A stretch of 58,846 nucleotides of DNA, filler included, from Streblomastix strix (lineage: Eukaryota): assembly GCA_008636045.1 (NCBI GenBank). It is 2 parts of 2 records of this genome, joined end to end, with 100 filler letters (N's around TTAATTAATTAA, not from the genome) between each part and the next. Parts side by side here need not be neighbours in the genome. Positions count along the whole stretch, not along the records: positions 29,493 to 58,846 come from SNRW01000102.1; 1 more part is not named here. One strand, given 5' to 3'. The notes under the pieces were generated by a model. It was not told where the DNA came from and made no database searches. It saw nothing but the letters and a program-made list of their open reading frames with translations. Both the position numbers and the translations under genes were made by a program. Every line of letters starts with the position of its first letter. Within the stretch, counting starts at the first letter, position 1. Positions 32,401 to 45,500 of this stretch are shown here, piece by piece.

Positions 32401-35400
32401 TTCTTTTTATTCTTTCTCTATTTCCTTCTTCTTTTTTTTTTCTTCTTTCTCTAAATCCTTCTCCTATATATTTTCATTTTCATTCAATTTATCTTTTGAT
32501 ATTCCATTATCTTTATCTTTTACAAAATCCCATTTATTATCTTAATTAGCGGGTAGTTTAAATTGTATTAATTATTCAATATATTAAGTATTTATGAATT
32601 CTTTCTTACTTAAATTCTTCATTCTGGCAAACTCTTCGAATTTATCATTTAAATTTTGAATACTGCATCTAACCTGAGCAGTGTTTCTTTTTGCATTCGA
32701 CACTAATTCTTTAGCTTCTGGTGATTTCTCATATATATTCAGAATAAGCATCCCTAGAGCATAAATATCCGAAGCTTTTGTAGGTTTGACCATAAATCCT
32801 GTTTGTGTAGAATTAGGAGTACTTGTAAGTGAATGTGTGGATATTGTAGGCGAAGGTATAGGAGTCATTGATGGAAAAGGAGGATATGCCGATGGTTACT
32901 TGATTATAAGTTATATTGATGGAGGTGGTTAAGTAGGTTTAATTGAAGGACTTAATGCATTTAATGAAGATTAAGATGGCGGTGGAGAAGGAGGTTTAAT
33001 TGAAGGACTAAATGCTTGGAATGAAGAAGCTGAAGGTGATGGAGACATGTTTGGATTTGAATTGGGCGATGCATTACGACGGCGTGGTTATGTTTATAGG
33101 ATTAGTTCTGGAGCTGTCCAATAACTGTCCAATTGTATCCTTGAACAGTCTGGATGAGATGCAAGGATGTTCTCCTGGCCATAGTAACCAATCAATGATA
33201 CGGATAAACCTCCCTTTCTATTTGTGCAGAGAATTGAACTTGGCCGTAAATCAAAGCCAAAATGTACACTTTCATGAGCTTATTAAATAGAATCTATCAA
33301 TGATTTTGTTATTTCGAACTTTGATTAAAGATCAGACAATAAGCCTTGCTAAATAGCTGCTTCTAAAGTTAGTGTACTTGATGTAAGGAAAATTGTACAG
33401 CAACCATTTGGATTTGGTCCACTTCCAATATAGGCTAAATCCCGAGCATTTTAAATTAGCATATCATCATAACATTGTGCCTCATCATCAAAATATGGTC
33501 TGAGCGTGTCCAGATCTTGTTTATGATATCTTATAATCATTGTAAAGTGGTCAGGGCTTGGTTCAGAAGCTATTGGTTCTAATATAATGTTTGAATATTG
33601 GTCCAGGTGTGCGATAACAGCACAGAAATGAACTTCGGGAAATACACTTGTAATATTCATAGGTGCGAAGAGCTCATCGTTTGGAACGGTAAGAACAGAT
33701 GCAAAATATGAAACATCAAGATCACCAGACTCGTCCAAATGATCAAGCAGCGTGTCGAGCACATGAGTTGTTTTGTGTCCTGTTGCATATAACTAAATTT
33801 AAAGAGGTATTTGCGAAATTGTTGGTTATTAGATTAGTGATTAAGAATATTACGGTCATTCAATTGGATGAGATTAAGTCATTTAAATTTATTTATCTGG
33901 TTAAATGAAGGAATGTTATTATGATTCAAATTAATTTAATTATTTTTATTTTGGTTAAGGAAAAATTGGAGAAATGAAATTTTAGACCAGAGGAAGATTG
34001 AATTTATTTTGAATTATTTTCATTTCTTATTCAGGATCTTTATTAATTAATTCTTTAGCATCGGTATAAGGAAATGTGAATGAAGCATCCAAATCGTATT
34101 AGTTGATATTCTTATCTCCTTTCTATAATGCTTTCTGGGCAGCCTGTGCCAAACGGAAAGCATTAATTGAAATTTCTTCATCGGCTTTTTCTCCAGTAAA
34201 GAATTCATGATTGAGAGCTTCAGTTGCAGAAATACGTTCTTTTCTGTCAAATGAAAGCATCTGTGTAATTAAGTTCCATAATTGATCATCTTTAATTTAG
34301 GGATATCTATCCAGCTTCTTCGCAATCATGAAACTAAATATTAATTAATATTTAAATAAACAGTAAAATAATTTTAAAAATAGTTAAATTAATAAAAAGT
34401 TATAGCAAATAAATAAATTTTTTTTAATGTTTTAAAAAAATTCAAAATAAATGAATTTAAATATAAAATTTATACTATTTTATGAATTATTTATTGATTT
34501 TCAAACTTTTACAATTCTTAGAATGTTTGAACTTTATATGGGAACTCATGAGCAACAAGTTGATGTGCAATAATTCCTACTGACCAAACATCAATCTGAA
34601 ATTTTCAAATTGAAAAAATAATTATTAAATAAAATATTTATATTTTACAATCTTTCAAACTTTAGAATCTGTCAATCCATTCCCTATTATAACTTCTGGT
34701 GCCAGATTTGGAAAAATCCTGTAATATAAAAAATATATAAAATAAAAATAAAAATAAAAATTAATTACCCTCTTATCAATTTAGCATTTGTATATGAGAT
34801 AATTTGAGGCTTTTTTGTTAGTCCAATATTTGTAATCTTTAGAATCTGAGTAAAATTATGAAAAATCATAAATTAACAAAAATAAACAATTAATTAGTTA
34901 TTATATTCAACATACAACTCTTTCAGATCCTGGTGAGCAGTGAAGAAGGATATTTTCACTGGTAATATTTCCATGTACAATTCCTTGTTTGTGCATCAAT
35001 CTAACTCCTTCCACTGAAAACCGAATGAATTAATTATTCAATTGGAAAAAAAACAATCAAAATTGTAAAAGAAAAACAAACAGAGTTGTTTCAAAATTGC
35101 TCGAACTGTTCCTGGTGGAAGATCTTTTCCTTGTTCAATGACATAGTCTAAACTCTGAACATTAATTTAAATTTTGGAGTAAATAAATAAATATTTTTAA
35201 TATTGAATGTGAAATTATCAAACTTTATAATTAACGAAATCCATTAGTACTATCATTGCATTTTCAACCTTTTTGGCTTCAACATATCGAACTACAAACG
35301 GATTTTACTCCCCCCTGAATTATATTCATATAAATAAAAATAAAGAGCAAAATAAAGATAAATTAGTATAATATTGGCAAACTTCACAGCTCCTAATTAC

Positions 35401-35779
35401 TTCCATCCATCTTAACTAAAGTCATCAATTTTCCACAGTTTTGCAGCTAAAATGCCAAGACCTTGGCTGGACACAAGATAGACACTGAAAGAAATGTAAA
35501 TCAAAAAAATATTCAAAATAAAAAATTTAAAAAATAATAGCAAACTGGCTATTTTAATCACGACCTAATTTAAATATTATAAAATATCATTATAAATAAA
35601 AATATTCCAATCAATATATTTTAGCACACCAATCGCTCGCAAAATCTGATTTTTTTTTAAAAAAATAAAATGTACGTAATTTTCACACAAAAATTATTTA
35701 ATTAATAATTTTGAAATGTGAATTATAAATAAATACGAACTTAAAATCCTTGAGACTGCAAAATTCTAGTGTCTTCCAT
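29493..35779 (-). CDS. Pseudokinase + second kinase-like domain + tandem midasin/MoxR-type AAA+ modules; 3'-truncated at contig end; in-frame TGA at 33858-33856 and 32391-32389
   Basis: Start MEDTRILQSQGF at 35779. Kinase motifs LAAK, VHGNITSENILL, ITNIG, NLAPE, IDVWSVG and ERISATEALNHEFF are spread over 10 introns. The same frame continues with FDLRPSSIL, YWTAPEL, SDIYALGML, then PLLIQGPTSASKS...NFRIIATLN...ILARF and VLLEGPSGCGLS...WENGPL...VILDRIDEA...ERLNPILE...ALRNRF. Confidence 0.8.
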
Positions 35780-37294
35780 TTTGTGAGGGGGAAAATTAAG
35801 TTCGGAAGTTTTTTTACTGCAAATATTAAAAAATGTTTAATTTATTATTATTAATTTATTTTTTGAAATTTAATATAAAAAGTGCAATGATTAATAACTA
35901 CTTAAAATATCATCTATGAAGTTTTTTTAGAGACTGAGCTAAGATCATGCATCAATTCCTGAAATTGAATTAGTAATTTTTAGTTAATAAATTTATTAAG
36001 ATTCATTGTGAAAAATATTAATTTCTAAGAAATACTGAAATTACAATTTTTTAAGCCGAGTTAACTCTTTATTCAGGTATTAAAAGAACTGCAATATTTG
36101 ATTATAATATAATTATAAGCATTAATTATAATTATAAAATAATTTGAAGCTTAATACAAAGCTTTGTTTTATGAACGGCCTAATGCAAAAGATTATCTCA
36201 CAACTCCAGACATTCAACTTATTGATCGTAACCATTTAAACATTTAAATTAAATTTTTAGTGACTGAATCACTTATATATAATTTATATACTTAACATAA
36301 ATTGTTAAGCTGCAATATCTCACTCTATTTTTATACAACATAATTATTGTAGATCTCATTAGCGTCACCACTTATGTATATGCCGAAGTTTATATTTTAC
36401 TTAAAATTTATATGTTAATTTGTTTTATGAAATAATATATTACGAGATACTATTTAAACTCTCATTCAAAGCATTTGCGATAATTCAACAAAAAAATACA
36501 GCACATTGCAGAAATAATAGCGAAAGCAAACTAGAATTTTTTAGAGGATGTATAATAATATACAACAACTTCGCCTTTATTGAGTGATTGCCATCAACTA
36601 TTTGAAGTGATTCTTCTGACCATTCCCCAAACAACAATGTTTACAATGGGGTGGCCATTAAGAAAAACAAAAAAGAAAGGTAGAAAAAATTGATAAATCT
36701 GGACTCACAACAGGAGATCCAGCAGAAAAAATAGACGAAGTGTTGTTTAAAATGTAAAGTGGGTGAGAAGAGAGCCAGCAAGAGAAACTCCTCATTAACA
36801 AATGATATGTAAGAGTAAACAACAAAATAAATGACTACGTAATTAAGCATAGAAGTACTCGCATCGAACAAAAAGATTAAAGTTAAATTAAAAAAACGTT
36901 TAATAAACAAAAAATGAAATAAAATGTTAAAGTCAATGCTGGTTAAAATTTTGAATAAAAATGGTTAAACGTTAAATAAAATGGCCAAAAAAGTAAAAAT
37001 ATCTTTGCATCTAGTTTCAATTCTATCAGCGAACTTCGTGAGCATATCCTCCCGTGAATGATTGCTGGCATCTCATGCCCACTAGCTTATTAGATACCAT
37101 TGTCAACAGTTCACTTACTTACTTATCGATGTTGCATGATGGCATTTCCAAGAGATTGAAAGGTGATGTAATAAAGAAAGTATATGATACATAAGTGCAG
37201 TGATTGATTCATAAACGCAACAAAGGGTTGGGACTAAAGTAGAAAAATATTTGAATACATTTCTATAGAGTTTTAGACTGATGGGTGGGACCAA

Positions 37295-37389
37295 GGCGAA
37301 TTTGATGTATATTATTATACATCCTCTAATTACCAATAGTCCCACTTTGGCAATTGAGGAGTGTATATATTATATCCAACAACTTCACC
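37295..37389. repeat. Imperfect ~42-bp inverted repeat (hairpin) at the YR stop of DIRS copy A
   Basis: GGCGAATTTGATGTATATTATTATACATCCTCTAATTACCAA (37295-37336) pairs with TTGGCAATTGAGGAGTGTATATATTATATCCAACAACTTCACC (37347-37389). A third copy lies at 36541-36585. Confidence 0.8.
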
Positions 37390-38390
37390 TTTATTGAGTA
37401 CTTGAAATTGGATTATATTCCACTTGGCCGCGAGTATCAGATAATTTTGTGGCTATTTCATTGTCTTTTAATCTCTCTGCAAATACATAGTATTCGTTTG
37501 TTGATTTTGAATTTCTTGCATGTCCTGTGTATATGTTTAATAACGTTTCGTCTAGACTCATTATTACTAATTGTGTTGCTGCTGAATGTCTAAATGAATA
37601 TACTTATTTCTTTTTTAAATCCATCAAGTCTAGTAATTTCTTTAATCTGAGTGAGATTTGGCCTCTTTTGGCTGGTATAGTTACGTCTTCATTCCATCAT
37701 AATGCTCCATACTTATTGTCTCTGATGGATCGACCGTGTTTATTATCAATTCTTTTCAACCGATCGAAAAAGTTTGCTCTTGAACATACAGTTCTGTCTC
37801 TAGTTTTTGGAAGTTTATGTGAATGAAGTCCAGACTTTGTTTTCGGTTGTAGTCGTAAGTCTATTTTGTCTGTTTATTCGCAAATTACTGAGAGTATTAG
37901 AGATATTCCTTCGATTTCAGCTGGTCTCATTGAACAAATAGTCAAAAGAAGTGAAGTGAGTTTAGTCTTCAGTTCAATATTTGACAAGTTTCAGTTCGAT
38001 CCTTTTCTTTTCCAATAGTCAAATAGTATTCCCACGTTCTATGAGTCTTTATATTTCGGTTTGACGATCATGTGTGCTGAGATCGATTTTCTGGTAAATT
38101 GGGACATATGGTAATTCTTTAGGTCTATGTTAAATGTAAGTGAGAGCATTGAGGAGAGTCTATTAAGAAACTGAAGTGCTGAGCTTGCTGAAGTGTTTAC
38201 TGAATTGAATTAAGCTAGTACCTCTGTTATATTGATGTATCGTTTCATTGTTATTAAATCAAGTATTGTGTAGTGATTGATTTGGGTCCATTTCTTGAGT
38301 TTTTCCATTGCATAATAGTATCTTCTTTAGGTATTATATCTTTATCCATATAAAATCATGTCTATTGCTCCCTTGGATACGTTTAGTGTT
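37385..38390 (-). pseudogene. Tyrosine recombinase ORF of DIRS copy A (frameshifted)
   Basis: TICSMRPAEI (catalytic Arg box), YSFRH, TGH and EYY motifs, with frame disruptions. Confidence 0.85.
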
Positions 38391-41300
38391 CTCAAAATCT
38401 TTCTCGCGAATCTTCTTCCCTTCCTGGCCTTCGGTCCATCAGGAAACAACATATCTTTCCTGGAGGGAGTTTCAAATTCTTCTTAATTGATAATGTTCCT
38501 GGTTCCAGAATTTCGTTGCTCCAGCCAAGCATAAGGGATCGAGCATTCTCGTTTACCAGTTCTGTGTACCATATTTGGCCTAGCCATAGTGGAGCTCTTA
38601 TCATTGCTTCTATCTGTTTTTCTCTGATATTCTTCAGAACTGCTGGAAGGAGATGGATAGGAGGATGAATCCATAGAAATTCCATCTTCATTGTTTGATT
38701 AAGAGCATCGATTTCTATTTCTCCGTATCCTCTTATTGTTGGCATGAATCTTGGCTATAGATTGTTAAAATTTTGATATAATGTATCTATTGTCGAATTA
38801 AGATTCGTCTGAAGGCATGTCTGTTGAAAAATCTTCTCCTTTAGTTTGTAATCTCTTGCTATTGGTAATCTACTCAGTGCGTCTGCTATTTCGTTTCTAA
38901 CTCCTGGGAGATGAGTAATCTGGATCTATATTCCTAGCTTTTCTATTGTTTAATGAACTTATTTAATTTCCTTTATCAATGATGTTGATGCTCTCCATTT
39001 CCATATGTCGAAAACTGCTGTACTGTTATCGTTTCTAATTTTCATGGATTGAACTCGCGAATTCTTTAAGACTTTGGCAAAACTTCGTAGGTCTTATGTT
39101 ATAGCTTTAATTTCCCTATTGCTACTTGTTAACTTCGCCTATATTTTGTTCCAAGTTCCATGAGCCAAAGCAATTACTTCAGATTCCTTATCCAGTGTAG
39201 AACTCCATCCACTGGGTGTTGCATCTGTTGTTATTGTTATTTGTGGTGGTATCTGTATTAACTATGCTGGAATATTCGCTCTGAGTTTCGCTATCCACTA
39301 ATTTATATCTGGAATTGCAGTCTTGTTCATTATCATCGTTTTATTCCATCCTCTCAGTCTTGCAGATCATGCTTTTTGATGGTCCATTGTGTTCAAGAAA
39401 AGTGAAGCTTCTTAAAATTAAGGACTTAGGTAGTTTAGCTTTCTAATTAATTTAGCTGTCTGTTTTACTGTTATCTCTGTTTTTGTCCTTATCCATTTTC
39501 TCATATTGTATGGATCGTACAGAAAAAGTAATCGTTTCTTCGGTTTCGTCTTTACTGTTGCGTTGGTTAGATTCCATTCCCATCCTAGAAATTTTACTGT
39601 TTGATTCGATTCTGTCTCGCTCATTTCTGTGTTCATTGTGAATCCGAAATATATCAATGTTTCTGTTTTTTTCTGAGTCGTATTCTTTAAATATTCTTTG
39701 TTCTGGTGAAGGAAAAGGATGTCATTGACGTAGCTAATTATTCTAATCTCGGTTTTCATTCATATTTGTTGCATTATTGGCTCCATTGCTGTTGCAAAGT
39801 AATTTGGTGAGTGTTTGGTTCGGAATGGCATTGCCTTATATGAATAATTGTTGTTCTGGAATTCGAAAGCTAGATATGATTGTGATTCCGTTCGAACTAT
39901 TAGGTGGTGAAATGCGAAGGAGAGGTCTAGTGTAGTGCACCAATCTCCAAATCTAATTGTTTGTTTCACCTCGTTCGAATCGTGCATCTTGATGTAGAAG
40001 TCTGCAATCTACTTATTCAGTGTTTTCGCATCCAGTATCTTTCTCCATTTCCCGTTCGCTTTCTTTATCATGAATGTTGGGTTGTACCATTTGATCTGTT
40101 CTTTACCTATTGGTATTACAATATTCTTTTTCAATTCTTCTTCCAACATTATCTTGTATTTTTTTTCGCTTCATCTTCAGTTCCCTTGAATTTCATTATC
40201 TTTAACTAACGTTATAGGTTGTTAATACTCAAATTGTCTTTCCACTAGAGGGTAAATCCTTATTGGATGAAATCTTTCATTTTAATTGTTCCCCATTATT
40301 TCAAGTATCTCGCTTGTTTATCCTCCAATTACTGTCCAATATTTCTCCATCATCATTGTCGGTTTCACGGTTCTCAAGATTTCTGCCCTCCCTTCTTTCC
40401 TCTTTTCTTCCTTAATCAGTCCAACTGTTCCGGCTAGTCAATCTCGGAGTCGAGCTCTATCTCTATCTGATTCTCGGAGTTGGATCCTTGTTTCTATTTC
40501 TTAGATCCTACACTGGTCTTGTTGCATTTGGAGGGTTTTGCGGACTTGTCATCAGTAACTGGGGCTACATCTGCCTTTTTTCTCTGCTCCTACAGGGGTG
40601 CGAAGTGCTTAGGATGTTCGGAGTTGGCTCTAGCTTGGGGACTCTCTATGGACTTATCGGGTATGGACTTTAGTTAACCTGTTTTGCTTCCGGTATCTTG
40701 GTCGTTATTTGTTTGCATCCTATTTTTGGGTATTACAACTTTCCCTTTTACTTGGCCTAATTCTGGGGGTTTAGTGATTAGAGGAGGTTGGACTTTGGGT
40801 TGTGAAGTGTTTGGATTTCTTGGTTCTCATTCGGAATGGGTTGTATGGGGTGATCATATTTCTCTTGGTTTAATATTTCCATTATCTTGGAGTTTAGTTT
40901 CTTGTTCATGTTTTGTTTCGTTGTTGGATTCTTGATTGATTTATTATCCTCCGGTTCTATTATCATTTGCTTGTTCGTTATTGTTTTCCTTGCAAGTTTT
41001 ATCGATTACCTGATTGTTTAAGTGTTCATTTTCGTTGGTTGCTGCCTGTAACTGCGTCCCGCAACTGTTTCTTCCGAGTCCATCTGATCCGTTTACATTG
41101 TAAAGTGGAGTATTAGCGGATGTTTTTGTGATATTGATCTCGGGATTCGCTTCTCCGTTGACAGTGGCCTGTAACTGCGTCCCGCTGTCATTCTTTCTGC
41201 GTCGATCGTTTTCGTTAGTGATGTGCTTGGGTCCGATTGCGTGCTCAGATTAGTCTTCGTATCCATTGTCATCTGTTCCATCAACAACGATTCTCTCTAG

Positions 41301-42579
41301 TTCGTTCGCTAATTGCTATTAGTCTTTATTTCTGTTTCTGATGATATGATTTGTTCTGCTGCGAATATGATTAAACCTATTATTGCTTCAGGTATTGATT
41401 GGTATATTTGGCGGTGTATGTTAATGAATTCAGCCACTCCATCACTGACGTTTAGTAATCCTGGTATGTATGATCCTTTTGGGAGATTTGCCCACTCTTC
41501 AAGGTTGTCGGTTAGTCAAAGACAATAGGGGACCACCCTCGCGAACATCCCCATCAAACTAATTTCATTATTCTTCCGAGAGATATAGGTCTTTAGGTCT
41601 AGGGATTGGTGTTGGGCGATAGTTTTTTAGGTGGATTGAAAAAAAATGCAAGACGGTCTTTGTTCGAATATTCTTTATACTATGTTGGTAAAATGATTTT
41701 GGGTTTCTTCTTTTCTTCTTCAATTATTGGCTTCAATATCTCGTGAAATCTTTCAATTACATCTATTAGTTCCGCATATTGTTGAAGTTTCGGTTATTTT
41801 CTTTCAGGTTCTTTTTCCTTGTGTCCTCGTGGGACTTTTGAGGAAATTGTTCTTAATATAGCTAACGTCTCTTCCAGTATGAGTGACGGTGAGTGTTGTT
41901 GAGGGCGTCGTGAAAGAGATTTGTGAGGTATATTCTGTTATGAACATATGTAATTTAAGTCTATATTTAGGTTTGTTTGAATATGAGGTCAGCTAATTAA
42001 GTTCAAGATTTTATATAGTAAAAGTGCCCATATTATAATTCAATAAGAAAAGTATTACTTAAAATTTTAATATAATGAATATTTAAAATCATAATATAAA
42101 TCAACTTTATAAATATTGAGATAAATTATTTTTTTTTCAAAAAAAAAGTTTTCTTTTTACACAATAAAAAATATTCAATAATTATAATATTTACCTTTAA
42201 AAAAATTATTAATAATTAAATTTTTATTGATATTAATTGTTTTATATTTATTCTTATGCAACAACTTCTATTTTTATTTATTTTTACAATTTTGACTTTT
42301 AAATTAATTATTGTTCTACAATTAATATTTAGAATTTTTTAAATTTCCTTTAATAATTCATAAAATTCAATAAAAAATTCATAATATTTAAATATATTAA
42401 TAATTGTTTTATTGTGAAACTCATGTATAGTCTTCTATTTGAAGAATAGAGGGTTTTCAACTCCAGCCTAACTGAATTAAAATATCATGATTAAAATTAT
42501 AATGAGTTATGTCATGAATAAATAAAATTAATATTTAATTATTTAATAAATAGTAATTAATAAAACACACCCAGTTCCT

Positions 42580-45500
42580 TTTCCTCTCTTGACATCAATA
42601 GTCAACAATAATAACCTAACACCCAGGTCAGCTCAGAAACAATTACAAGAAATGGAGCAATAAGCAATTTCTAAAGAAAAATTACAATAATAAACATCTA
42701 GTTCTAAGACCTAACAAAGAATAATCTCACCAGTACCAAGAATGATTAACACTGGAATGAACAAAGATAAACCAGTTATCTAATCATAACTATCAGTTAC
42801 TCCAACACAAAAACCTAAGCATAGATCCGGAATTTGACAAAGACTAAATAAAGCTGAGAGAGAATTAGAACGACTGAAAGCGAAATAATAGCTTCAGCAA
42901 TAAGACAACAATGATCTCAAAAATATAAATGTTGAAATGTCTGATATTCAGGGAACTGTTGGACAGCTAACTGGTCTGTAACCGAGTCCAAACGCTGAAG
43001 GCCCAGGTTTAAATGCAGGGCTAAAGCCAATGGAAGCAGGATCAATATCAGCCAGTAATAGGGAAAGAACAGAACCTTAAATAAATGAAGGTCATGATGG
43101 TAATGCTGATGAGGAAGTAGATGAATAAACCGATGAGGCAGCATTAAATTAAAATAAAGACTATAGAGTTAATGTAATCTCATAGCCCCCAGTTTAAGCG
43201 AATCTGGGTACATAATCTTAAAACATTCAAGACTTGAATGCTTTGAATTAAATGGAAAAAGAAGATGCAGGCCCTGCTCCAGTTGGAGTTCAGGAGAAGC
43301 CTAAGAAAGGAAAAGGAAGTAAAAAATTAAATACAGAAAGCTTGAATGCCTCTGATGAATAAATCCAGGGCAATGATGCCCAAACTTAAACTCAAACAAC
43401 TTCCAAAGTTCCAAAACCCAAAGCTGCGCCCAAAAGAGGCAGGAAAGCCGACGAAGATGTAAAATTCAAACCAAAAAACTCTAACAATGATGATGAAGAA
43501 GAGTGGAAGTTCTGATCGGGCTGGGACAATCCAACCAAGGGAGATCGGCGTTGGGATCTCCCTCTGGAATAGAGGAGAGGAGCGCGATGATGATAATGGC
43601 TCCTCAGGAGAGGGAGGAAAGGATTGGAGAATTGATATATAAAGAAAAAGAAGATGGAATGGGGGGAAAGACTAAAAGATTTATATAAACATGGAAACAA
43701 ATAGGGAAAGAAGAAATCATAATAACTGGATTCTATTTGAGATTTAAAGACTAGAATAGTTAATAAAGATTAGTGGAAAGTAAAATGATAATCCCATTTA
43801 GGGGAACATAAGAAGAGAAGAAAGTATATCAGGAAATGTTAAAAGAAGAGCTGGAGGAAGGAGTAGTAATACCTATACAATAAAACCAAGTGAAATGGTG
43901 GAACCATACATTCCTGATAAAGAAACCTAATGGAACATGGAGAAAAATTTTGGATGCGAGCAAACTAAATAAAAAAATTGAGAAATTACATTTCAAGATG
44001 CATGGACTAGAGGAAGTACAATACCTAGCTAATTAAATGGACTACACAACATCTCTCGATCTTAAACCAGCATTTCACTACATCACAGTATCTCTAAACT
44101 CAATACCATACCTAACATTTAATTTTAATAACAATAATTTAGCTTATAAAGCAATGCCCTTTGGGACCAAACATAGCCCAATCTTCTTCGCAGAAGCAAT
44201 AGTATCAATCCTTAGACAAATAGGAATATATTCAGAAATCAAAATACTGAACTATTGCGACAACATACTTCTAATTCTGTAAGATAAATAAAAACTTAAA
44301 ACATAAACAATGGAAATAATGAGAACATTGAAACAGTTCGGATGGACAATATCAACAGAGAAGTGTGAAACAGAACCAAAATAGATCATATCATTCTTGA
44401 GATGGATATGGAACCTGAAAGAAATGAATATAAGAATGTCAAAGGAAAGAAAGTTGAAAATGATATAAACATTGAAGGACTGGTTCAATGTGATATATAA
44501 GAACAAAAGCGTGAAGATAAGATAATTAGCAGCGCTGATTGGTAGACTGAACTTCCTTAGACCTCAGATAAAAGAAGCGTCTCAGTTTCTAATGGAATTA
44601 GATAAAGCGAAGACATAAGCTTTGAAGATAAAATATTGGGAAGAGATAATGATAGTAAGCAAAACAGTAATCAGAGAGTTGAATTGGTGGATAAGTAGAA
44701 TAGGGGATAACCAACCAGAGTCATTGATTAATAAAACAATAATATACATGTTAACAACAGACGCATTATTACAAGACTGGGAGCGACATTGATATACGAG
44801 AATCAAATTGAGTTAATACAATACGATTTTAGGTGCTAGAAGGAAGTAGAAATGACAAGCAATGCTAAAGAAATCAAGGCTATCTACTACGAGCTACTCC
44901 GTTTCGAGCAAGTCTTTAAGAAGATGCAAGATCTGGCAATCTTGAAACGTTCAGATATTACAACAGCAGTTTACGATATTGGGAAATGGAATGCGAAGGA
45001 ATCCCTGAAAAAAAGAATAAAACAAGTATTTTTCTTAATGAAAAGACTATAACTATAAATCACAACAACTCACATCCCAGGGAAACTAAATGCAACAACA
45101 GATTCACTTTCGAGGCTGTGCAGATCAGGAGGCTACACAATGAAGGATGGAATGATTTAAATGATTTGCAAGACATGGAATTATATGCCACAGATAGACA
45201 TATTCGCAATACAATATAATAATAAATTTTTCAACAATTATATTATAGTTGATCTCAACGAACTATTGGCATACTTCTATACTGCGTTTAACTACAAATG
45301 AAACAAAGTTAAATTATGCATTCATCCACCAATTCCATTATTAAATAGAGTATTATAGAAGATAAAGTAGGATAATGCACATGAGATAATAATAGCACCG
45401 ATTTGGCCGGAACAATCATTTTACACCAAACTAAAGAATTTATACACCAAGTTCCTTTTCTTTGGATCATTATAGATAATTCTGGATATGGGATAGAGAA

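Larger units (their letters stand above)
37280..42000 (-). mobile_element. Degenerate DIRS1-like tyrosine-recombinase retrotransposon, copy A (gag-like, RT, RNase H, methyltransferase-like domain, YR)
   Basis: RT: KWYNPTFMIKKANGKWRKILDA, LDLSFAFHHL, YKAMPF, SYVNDIL. RNase H: TTDATPSGW, NREIKAI, DNSTAV, HLPGVRNEIADALSRL. MT-like: WIHPPIHLLPAVL...APLWLGQIWY. YR: YSFRHSAATQL...TGHARNS...EYY, stop at 37387-37385. Carries frameshifts and TGA stops. Boundaries approximate. Confidence 0.9.

Noticed and set aside
41044..41186. Direct repeat gcctgtaactgcgtcccgc (about 41044 and 41167) as an LTR or target-site duplication
   Set aside because: It lies inside the gag-like region of DIRS copy A and is an internal coding duplication, not a terminus.
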